From NCBI GenBank assembly GCA_000320545.1, contig ADNK01002379.1, positions 77,202 through 141,201 of the forward strand: a stretch of 64,000 nucleotides of DNA. The letters run 5' to 3'. The position numbers and the translations under genes are program-made. The notes beneath the pieces were generated by a model. The model was not told where the DNA came from, did no database searches, and worked only from the letters and a program-made list of their open reading frames with translations. Origin of the DNA: Bigelowiella natans CCMP2755. Taxonomy: Eukaryota; Protista; Cercozoa. Positions 53,703-64,000 of this stretch are shown here, piece by piece. Every line of letters starts with the position of its first letter. Position 1 is the stretch's first letter.

Positions 53703-56700
53703 CCATACAATGAACATGCGCAGCAAGGTCAAGGGAAAGCAGAATTCAACATGATAAAACATAGCTAGCACCTCAGGAGGCCGTCTCATCAGGCTTTGCT
53801 TGAGGCCCTTCCGAAGTCGTAGCACACGCTCGTGCGGGTTCGGATCATCGCAGAGATACCGGTACTCAGGCTGCTGCTCTAGCCACTGTGCATCGAGATA
53901 GCTGTGGAAGCGACGGCGGCGTTGTTCCAAGGTAAAGCGATGAATCCAAAGATGTAGAGAAGAGAGGTAGGTACAGGAAAGCAACCCAGAAAAACAGCAA
54001 ACAACCATTTGTGAGTCAGTGCACGGTTTGCAACGAGTGGAACGGTGTGATAGGTATATATGATCATTGTGTGTGTGCGCGTGAGTAGAGGGGGGGGAGG
54101 GGGAAGGATTTAACTATGCATATGCGCAATTAATTGAGTTGGGTGTGGCCTCTTTATCTCCTAACACACGCGGCAGGAGGCAATCACTTACAAGTCGGGT
54201 TCGTGGTCATCAGCCACGTAGTCGAAGGCGCTCTCCCACCCCATGTACACGCGGATGAGCCGGAGCACGTCATAATCGGGGAAATCTTTCCTCTCGCCGC
54301 TCTGGTGGTAGCGCGCGGAGGCCTTCCGTTGCAGCCGCAGCTTGATCTTGGCATAGAGGCTATAGCCGATCTTCCTGCGCTCATCCGGGGCGATGGTGGT
54401 CACGTTCTCTAACAGCCGCGACGAGTACATGACAGCGAGGTTCTCCAAGTTGTACTCCAGCTCGTAGCTCTTGAATATGGGCCCTGGGGGCTGCGCGCAG
54501 ACGGCGCGCGGCAGGGGCGGCCTCTTCCCCATCTCCAGGATCTTCTCCGCATCGAAGTTGGCCAGGATCTCATACGCGATCTCGAGGGAGTTCCTCGTGA
54601 ATCGCAGCGCGGTGGCGGCAAGCCGCCGGTCGAAGCCAAGCCGCTCGAGGGCGTCCACCCACTTCGCGTGCGGCTCGGGCGCGGAGCTCGCTTTCTTGTA
54701 ATTGGGGTCCAGGAGGCTCAAGGCCGCTCGGTCGCGGGCGATCAGAGAGTTGTGGTTCGTCCCGTTGTGCGTCGCGATGTCCATCGCCAGCAGCCCGTCG
54801 TCGTTCCGCACCATCGTGAGCCAGTGCGAGCCCTTGATGTTCCTTATCGCCCGCACGATTTTCTTCCTATCGTAAGCGGCGGCGTAGTGGAGGATCGTGT
54901 TGCCCTGGTGATCCAGCGCAGCCCACGGCACGCCCTCGCTGACGAGAATGCGGATCGCGTCCGGGTTGATCTCCTTGGTGGCGAAGTGGTGGAGCACATT
55001 CCTTCCATGGTCATCGGTAGCAGCCTTGCCTCCGTTTCGGTAGTCGTTGAGCTGCGTGATTGTCTTCCTCACATCCCCGGCCGCGACCGGCTTGAACAGG
55101 TCGTTCTTGGGCGGGGGGATGCGAAGCATCGTGGCCTTCAGGTAGCGCATCTGGATCGCGTCGTGGAGCTCGAAGTGCGCCGGCTTTAGCGCGCGGGCGA
55201 TCGGGCCCGAGAAGTTCTTGTGCCAGACGCCAGGCCTACTCTGCAGCGTCCTCATCAGCATTACGCGGTTGATGGGGTCCATCGTCTTGAGGTGCTCCAG
55301 GAAGTTCCTCACGCCCTGCTTGTTGACGATGTCGCGCTCTCTCTCGAACGAGCGCCGCGCCCGAGCGATCTCGCGGGCCTTGTAGCCGTTGGGGTCCTGC
55401 ATGGAGTCGAGCTGCTTCTTCCCGGCGTCGCTTTCCCACATCTTCCGCATGTGCGCGACGCGGTCACGGAAGACCTCCTCCTCGACGAACAAAGGCTCGT
55501 GGATCATCTCGTTGCGCCCGGACTGCGTGTAAAGCCTCCGCTCGACCTCCTCCTCCCCCATCTCGCCAAAGAACCACCGGCGTTTCCAACGCTGCAGGAG
55601 GTTCCACTGCTGATCGAGGTAGACGTCGATCGGGTGCTCTTCCATCTCAGGGTCGAAGAGGTGCGCAAACCTCCTCTTCTGCTTGTTCCGCCACCGCGTG
55701 GAGATCGCGTTGATGTCCTTCTGGATGATCTCACCGTTGGTCTGCGGCGTCCACCTCGTGCACATGTCCTTAAACACCGCGCGGGAGATGCCGAAGCGGC
55801 TCATGATCCCCTTCGCTATGCCCTCCTGCAGCTCGTCGTAGGTCGCCAGCTCGAATGGGCTCTTGCGCTGCATCTGCTGCTCCTCCTCGAGCTCCGTGTC
55901 GCTGTCGGTGGTGAAGTTCCGCAGCGCGTCGTCGAAGATCCCCCGCATTTCGCGCTTTAAGATGCTGCCGGATCCGGTGATTTCATAGGCGGGGTCCTCC
56001 CCGTCGCCGTACTGAGGCGAAGAGGCGGCGGCGGCGGGGGCAGAGGCGCGGCGGCCTTTCCCTGCCATGTACACGTCCATAACCTCCCCACGACGGCGGC
56101 CGTGAGGGGCCTCGCCCTCAGCGACTCTGGATGCCAGCTGGATTTCCTCTAATGACTTGAAGGGCGACGGCTCATAGTTCCTGGCGAAGCTGCGCCTCGC
56201 TTTAGGCACCTTCTCAAAGGCGGCCAGCACCCGGTCGGTCCTCCGCATGAACTCCTTCACGATCAACCCGATCTCCGCCTCGAAATCGCTGTGCGTGTCG
56301 CGGTCGAAGGACATCTGAAGCGACATTGGTTTCACCGGGAATTTCCGGCGCAAGTGCTCTAGCTCGTCGGCTTCCTCCTCCTCCTCCTCCTCCTCCTCCT
56401 CCTCCTCCTCCTGCCCCGATCCCACCTTGCCCCCTCTTCCGCCTTCTCCTCCCGGGCCGCCGTTGTCGCATTTGCCTCCGACGCCTCGGCTGCTGGCGTC
56501 ACTGCCGCTGCTTCAGCCAGTAGCAACTCCTTCTTTGCAGCCTCCATCTCCTTGGAGAAAGTACCGATGGTGAGGTGCAGGTCGACGTACGTGTTCAACT
56601 TGTCGCCGAACGAGCACGATGGACTCCCAAGCCCTTTAACATGGAATAGATCTAGATTTGGGTTGTTGTTGCTGGTAGCAGCAGCGGCAGCAGCAGCAGA

Positions 56701-58106
56701 GCTGCTAGAGGAATTGGAGATGGATTGGTACGCCTTGAGGGCCTTTTCGTCGGTCACGAGCGCGAAGAGCGCGTCGTAGATCAGCCTGTGCGACATGAAT
56801 GCCAACGCAGCGCCCCCCCCCGACTTGATGAACTTCGCGCGCGACTCCGCCGGCATTTCCTTTCCCCGCAGCAACGTGTACACAAGGTAGTCGCGGCGGT
56901 GCCTTGGCAGGGTATTGAGGGCTGATATCGAGTCAACCATAAACGGCGGCGTGTAGGACATGCCGGTCTCCTGGATGGCGGCGTCGAGTCCGTCAGGAAG
57001 CTGTACCTCCTCCTCTTTGATCAGGTCAAACGCCCTTGCCAGCGTGAGAACCTCCTCCTCGTTCAGCTCGTTGTCCTCCTCCTCCTCCTCTGCCTCGGCC
57101 TGAGCTGACATTGAGGAGGAGGTGGCGTTATTGTCCATCATCTCAGGATCGACGCTGAGATCGCCAATAGGAAAATCCTCGTCGCCCTCCCCTCCTCCCT
57201 CAACCGTTATCCCCTCATCGATTGGGGCAGGTGCAGCTTCTTCGCCGCCTCCTTCCTCTACCACGCCATCCTCCACATCCTCGTCCACAGCGCCTTCCTC
57301 CTTTGCCTCCCCCCTCTCCACTTGGCTTTGGAACGGCATCTCGGAGATGTCCCCAGTACTGCCCGCCGCTGCTGGCGAATCAGCATGCTCTCCGGTAATG
57401 GAAGCAGAAGCATCATTAATTGGCGTCTTCTCGCTCACAATTTCTTGCTGATCCTCGCCATCCTCGCCGCCTTCCTCTTCCCCCTCCTCCTCCTCCTCCC
57501 CCACAGCGGGTTCATTCCCTTCTTCCTTTGCTACATCTGCAGCTTGCTCTTCACCTTGAGTCCCCCCCCCCTCTACGTCATACTGCTCAAGGCGGCTGCT
57601 GGGCTTCTGGGAGGCGATATCGGTGACATCTTCCTGTCCGATGTCGTCATAATCTGCATCCCCCCCCTCCTCTGCCACTCCCTGGTCTTCTTCGTCTTCT
57701 ATTTCCTCTTCTCGCAGGGGAGACTCTTCGCGGCCTAAATTGTCCCCGGTGCTGTCGTTGTAGGAAGTATCTTTGTAATCTTCCTCCTTCGTATCGCCTT
57801 GCGCAGATAGTCTTTCCTCATCGATCTCTTCCTGCTGTTGATGATGACGGGTACGATCTTTCTCTTGCTGCGTATAGGCCCTGTCCTGCTCCTCAAGCTC
57901 CCGCGTCTGCTCAAGCACCTATGGAGGAAGGGGCGAGCCGTAAATATGGATGTGAGGTGAATGTGGGTCTGGTATAGGAGGAGGAGAGAGAGGGGGGGAG
58001 AGACTTGAGAGCAGGGCATAAGTGAGCCGAGAGTTGCTGCCATCCACGCTGCTTTTGAACACATGGCGCAACACGCACACTCTGACGCACACACGCGTAT
58101 ATTGTA

Positions 58107-58175
<69 letters not shown>

Positions 58176-60196
58176 GATATATCGCAATACATCCCGTAGA
58201 ACACGGAAATGCAAATGCTAGCAGTACCGATTGCAGCTGCCCCTCTTCCTCTCGAATGGAGCAGTCGTCCATCATCAGACTCTGCTCCTCGTCCTCCCCC
58301 CCGAGCACGCCGTGGTAGTCCGCATCGTCCTCCCTGTCATTTGGGGTGCGCGACTGCAGAGCGCTCTCAAACTGGCTTGCAGCCGATTCTTCAACCATAC
58401 GTGAAGGGGGGGGAGGCAGGGGGGGGGGGGGGGGGGTGCAAGAAGTCACTGAATAATTGATAATTGAATAGAGCGCTACTGGCTAACATTCGTTCACGTG
58501 CGTTGTAGTTTCTCTTTCTCTAGTTTCCTCCACCACACCTTCTTCATCGTAGTCATACTCCGTCCCCCCCTCCCCTCCGCTGCCGCCGACCGCTGCTCCC
58601 TCACGCTGGATCTCTTCCAGATCCAGTGGGGTGCGGGGAGTGCCTATGGTTTAGATGAAAGCAGAAGAGTGTGTGTGTGTGTGTGTGTGCGTGTGCTAGA
58701 TCAAAGCTGCTTTTTAACTTGGCCGCAAAATACGAGAGGCAGAAAGGGCCAGATTCTAAAAGAAGCCTTGAATGCATCCTCACTCAAAAAAAACAATACA
58801 ACTCTACCAGGCATCGTAGGAAAGCGACTCCCGTCGATAGGGTCTCGAGCATATTCATCTTGCCCATCTCCCTTCTCCTCGCCATAAGAGCTTTCTTGCT
58901 CTTGCTCTTGCTCTTCGCCCGTGATTTCTGCGATGTCCAACGCATTGGTCGATTAATTATTCAGACGACGAGTTGTGGGGAGATAGGAAAGGGGTGGGGG
59001 AAGGGGGCGGAGTGAGCAGAAAGTAATACCTTGTTGTGCTTGGAGGAGGGCCTTTCTTATCTCCGGGTGCTCGATCAGATACTGCCGGACGCCGTCAGTT
59101 CTATACATCGTATTATAGGTGGTAGTAAGTGGGATAATAATAGTGCGAAAGGGTGAGAAAAAGAAGAAGAAGAAGAAGAAGAAGAAGAAGAAGAAGAAGA
59201 AGAAGAAGAAGAAGAGAGGGGTCGATTGTATGCAGTCCCCATCCTCCTCGTCTCCCTCCCTCGCCTACACCGTTATTATCAATCACCCGCTGTGCCTCTG
59301 CGCTTCCTTCAGCTTGTTGATATAATTGAGCCCTTCTGGCGACTCCTTTAGCCGCGCTATTGTCTCGTGTAGCTGTATTATTAAACGAATCTATATAAGA
59401 GGTGACAGCACTTCGAAAACAACCTGATCTTGTATGACGCTCTCTCTCTCCCTCTCCCCCCCCCCCTCTCTCTCCCTCTCTCTCTCCCTCTCTCTCTCTC
59501 TCGCGAATTGAATACCTGCTGCTGATGATGATACTGCTGCTACTACATATGAGAAGAACATCATCTTGGCATGAGATAAGCTTGCGAAGACACATATGCT
59601 ACAGACGTGAACATATGTTCCTACACTTAGGGAAAAATGAGGATTACTACTATTACTGCTGCTGCTACTATTCTGCAATCGATCCTGTCATCTTTGTGTG
59701 CTACCCTACTTCTCCATTGCTAGCATTATTATTATCACACAAAAGAAGAGGCTTTCAAGCACCTTTCCTTCGTTTTTCTGATATCGGTTGCCAGTCTGTC
59801 CATTCTGTAGAGAGGAAGAAAAGAATGGTCATGGGATTTGTTTATCAAGAAAACAAAGTATGTTGGCCTACACCCACATCTCTCCACACACACACACACA
59901 CACACACACACAAGCACTTACAAATATATCTAAATCTATGTGTCCCCCCCCCCACCCCCACTATATATACACACACACACACCCCCCCCCCCCCCCACAC
60001 ACACACACACACACCCGCACACACACACACATACATACGAAATAAGGAAATAGTTTATCCCCTCCCCTCCCTCCTACCACGGTGAGGTTGGAGTGAAATA
60101 TCCCCAGCGACTTGAAGAACTCTGACACTCCGACAGTCCCTTCACCCACGCGGTTCTACACGGACATATGCATATAATAATACACGTGAATATGCT

Positions 60197-60260
<64 letters not shown>

Positions 60261-60950
60261 AAAAGGGGGGATGGACGTTGTCTAATATATGGATGGTAAG
60301 TGTGGTAAGTGATGAGGCTCAAAGTATTGCGAACAAAACTCGTGACGCTTAATATTAAAGCCCCCCCCCCCTACCCCCCAAAAGAACTTTCTAATACACA
60401 TATCATCCATCGACAGGTCAATAATTCCAATGGCCTTATCGCCATTCCTCGCTATTGCTGTCTATGCTAAGCTATGCACCGTTCGTGGAGGAGGGGGGGG
60501 GGGTGATTGGGCATGGCATCCCTTATGTACGAATCCCAGGCCCAGGCCTGATCATGATAGATGGTTAGAAAGGAAAGAGGAAATGGATTCATTAAATGAC
60601 GACAGTGGGGGTGATGATATCTGAGCCCCATGATCTCAATGGCGGTTTCAGTGTGCAATTGAAGCAGTACCACAGAGAGCTGCCATCGGCCCCTTCAGCC
60701 TTTGTGTGATCGGAGACGATGGCGACCCTGGCTCTCCGGCCATAGGTCCCGCAAGCCTTAAGTATAACGGCTTTTCATTGACGCCGTGAGTTCGTTCCAC
60801 AACTACCATCCCCGTGACGATGGCAAAGATTGAGACTATCATTAGCCCTGTCGAGCTTGCGAGTCGTCTGGAGGACCTTCGCACAACTACAGGTCCCATG
60901 GGGAGTCTCGGTCGGCTTGTAAAGACTTCATACTTATTGTCTGCAACCAT
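52437..60950 (-). CDS. Large acidic protein with ankyrin repeats, a UBA domain and an N-terminal hydrophobic leader; apparent frameshift at about 56430
   Basis: ORF 54188-56425 has ANK repeats (DDHGRNVLHHFA, DHQGNTILHYAA, NDDGLLAMDIA) and a UBA domain (VDALERLGFDRRLAATALRFTRNSLEIAYEIL). ORF 56359-57918 is E/D-rich. Further exons lie on both sides; the first exon 60675-60950 has LMIVSIFAIVTGMVVV. Joining these into one gene is inferred. Confidence 0.65.
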
Positions 60951-61599
60951 TCGTATGGTTTTTGAAACGTTAGGTCAAAAGAAGACATGGGGTTAGGCCA
61001 TTGTGTTTCGAGAGATTGGCTGACAGATGTTGACTACGTGGCGGGAAGATGTGAAAAATAGAAAGAATGCACTTTCGAGCCCAGTGTCGCTTGCAAGAGC
61101 CCGTGTCAGATGGTATGAGGCAGCATCCAAACGCAAGAATGACCGAAACGTGGATAGAGAGAGGAGGGGGGAAGAAGAAGGAGACGGAACAGAATAATGG
61201 GCATTCAAAGAGGCGACACCTGAAGTCGAGGACATGCTCCCTGTGCTTGGCTTGGGACTTTCGGCTTCGCTGTCCCCCGTTGCACCAACACCAATCGGTG
61301 AATTGGGCCAGCCTCAGCGTCGGGCCACAGCGCACACGACGAGAAGCGTGACGCAGGAGCACAGGCCGGTGGAGGGGGGGGTGACTCTGATGTTTGCGGT
61401 TATGGGCTAATTTCATACATTAAGAATCTTTTAAATTCAAAATATTGTCAAAACAAACTGAGTCTTTATTCTAACGACGAGGAATTTGTTATGAAAATAT
61501 GTAAATTAGAACGGCATCTTGATATTATGAAAACACCGCCAACTAATCTGGCGGGAGTGCCGACGTTTGCCGAGAAGGAGGGCAACCGTTTGCTGGCAG

Positions 61600-64000
61600 G
61601 ATGCTGAGAAGTTGAAGTTTCAGCACTTCAGATTAGCATTTCTTTTCATCAGCCATTATTCGACGTTCATTCGAAGATGACGACAACCTCAATTCTCTCC
61701 ATCACTTTCCAAATCGGAGTTCAGCCGAACGATCCGAGAAATATCGCGCTCTAAAATATCTACTTTCGGGGGCGAGAACTCGCAACTGTTGGGTGGATAT
61801 ATCCGGCTCATCGTCTTGGCTAAACCAAACCGTTCGCGCCGAAGATCTTTCTCAACCACGAGGAATTTGATATTGAACTCTCTGTATCTATAACCGAGAA
61901 TATCTGAACAATTTTTGACTTTAAAAGTTGCGACGCGAAAGAAAGCGTCACCCTCGCACGCTCTCCCCCACGAGCTACACCTCGCACAATCTCATTACGA
62001 AGGAGACAGAAACGACTTGTCAGCGATTCGAACATTCCATGACGTCAACTACCGAAGTGAAGGTAGTCGATCGTCCAAACTGGGACACGAATGTGTGTGG
62101 CTTGGTTCATCATAAGCATATTAAAGAAATGTTCATGCCCGGCCTTGATGGTTGATCATAGGTCGGCGATAAAGTCACTGTGAATGGGCTGGAAGAGAAC
62201 AAGTACTCGGCGACGGCCACATCTCCCATGGTTTTGAAATTAGCGAACGCAAAGGACTTACTATTCCTTCTTGTCTTCAATCCAGGCAATTCAATGGCTG
62301 CACAGGGGAAGTCAAAGGAAGGAGAAAAGGGCGCTACGAGGTAGCAGTAAGTATGTAGCAGGAAATAATCTAGAAACTGAATGATTGGGGACCCACTGTC
62401 TTTCCAGGTACTCTTGGATAAAGTGAAGATGAGATTGCTTCTCAAGCCAGAACACATCGGTAATACGTTCAGGGAGTGACTTTTTCTGCACGCAAACGCA
62501 TCATCAAGGCGGTCTTTGCTGAACGTTATGATGTGGATAAGCGGACTGTCTCTACTCGATTGATACTGACATCACTGCTCAGGGTGCGCTACGGACCTCT
62601 GGATGCCTATCGAAAAGCCTTCGCTTACGAGGTTGTAATCACTCTTTCACCATGTTTTAAAGGGCATCTATTGCTGCGATGGGATTTTATTGTCATGCGG
62701 TTTCAAGATGAAAATAGTTTGCTGTGGAAACGCTTTCGAGTGGCCATGAAGCATAAACGTGCACAAATGTAATAATCCCAACAGGCAGCAGTCATTCGAG
62801 CAAGTCCAGCTTGTCCGCCAAGCGTCCTTGCAACGCCGGAAGTAAGTTATTAGGGAAGGACTAGCTAAGACTCCGGAGTGTTTCTGCTATGCGACAACGC
62901 CAACCACTCGATAAAAATTCTTCGCGTGAGGCCTTGTCTTTCGTACCATGCCCTTCTGCTGGTCAATGTGTTATCTTATTCACGCCCCCACCTCATTTCG
63001 CCGTCACACGTATCTCTGCAGACGCGCCAAAGAATTCGTTCAAATGCTCCCAAAACCCTTCGACGAGCTTACTGCGAAGGTTGAAAGGAGATTGAAGACG
63101 TGGGGATGGGAGGGGGAAAGAAGAAGGGGGGGGGGGGGCTGTCTTCTAGGTGCTGATATTCGCGGAAAGGATACCGAAATGTATTGTATCAGGAGGACAC
63201 CGCAAAATTCTGCCTTTTCTTGCAAGAAGGAAAGCGCGGCAAAGGAGGGGTCAGTCAGCAAACCGATGATCAAAGAACGCGAGATGCACACTTGACAAAA
63301 CACAAACACACAACTGCGCTCACTGAGGATTCTTTTGGTGGCGGCGTTGTGGTTTCTCCTTGTTTCTCTGAAACCTGAAAACATGACGCTTGTCTTTACA
63401 ACTATCACCCCTGCCTGGAATCGTAGGAGGAAATTTATCTGATGTCCGCGTTCCCACCGGCCATTCAGCGACTCCCTCTGAAACTTCTGGTCATGTTGCC
63501 AACAACTGAGAAGATGTCGTCTGGGAGTTTACCGTAGAGATTAGCGAGACAATTGTATCTCATTGGACGAGAGCAGCGAGCGTGTTTTCTTTCTCAAGAG
63601 CTTTCTGTCCCATCAGCATAATCATCATTATCATCATCATCATCATATGTAGGTATTGGTGGTGGAGTACTCAGAATTCAGCATTGCGAGACTAAGCATT
63701 CCAAAGCGGTTATGAGAAATGATGACTATTTGCATTCAATCAATGTTTTGTTGTCTCCGCGCCGCTTTACCTTTGCCAGCATGCCAATCGCAATCATCAT
63801 CGTCGTCGCCGCCGCCGCCTTTGTTTTGGGAGCCTAATTCTGGCCAACTACACCATCATGTGACACAATAACTAACGTTTTGCATTGTTGTTGGTCCCTC
63901 TCACATCGCGCCATCACGCAGAGGCAGAGACCTGTTCAACTTCATCAACGTTCGAAGAGAACTGAGGTAAGCAGGTGGACGGGGGGGGGGGGGGGGGGGG
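61600..64000 (-). CDS. Probable multi-exon gene of unknown function, partial at window end
   Basis: Several AG/GT-bounded open segments, for example KSLPERITDVFWLEKQSHLHFIQEYLER, IELPGLKTRRNSKSFAFANFKTMGDVAVAEYLF and KLVEGFWEHLNEFFG. No domain recognised. Confidence 0.35.

Noticed and set aside
54668-55960. Long plus-strand ORFs opposite the ANK gene (also 2775-3506 opposite AP3M)
   Set aside because: Antisense shadows of GC3-rich coding exons.

Overview
Intron-rich eukaryotic nuclear DNA, most likely a chlorarachniophyte (Cercozoa/Rhizaria). The taxon is inferred from the extra Ser at the polyubiquitin junction ([12 protein letters not shown]) and a bipartite-leader-like N-terminus. Genes reconstructed by hand across GT-AG introns: AP-3 mu subunit, a multi-TM GPCR-like protein, a vasohibin-family tubulin carboxypeptidase, an IGHMBP2/SMUBP-2 helicase with an extra ubiquitin-like domain, a VIT/vWA/DUF2135 protein carrying an F-box, GGFG repeats and Pol II CTD-like heptads, a mitochondrial phosphate carrier, a GT25 glycosyltransferase, a Ser/Thr kinase, an APAH-type HDAC, a truncated polyubiquitin and a large acidic ankyrin/UBA protein. 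The strongest unexplained signal is a set of sharply bounded 0.8-2.4 kb blocks almost free of TpA except within CTAG. They are rich in TG/CA and CCAG/CTGG and cover repeats and gene relics. This looks like a targeted TpA->TpG/CpA (A->G) hypermutation, opposite in polarity to fungal RIP; the mechanism is inference. All counts were made by eye, and exon boundaries are manual predictions.
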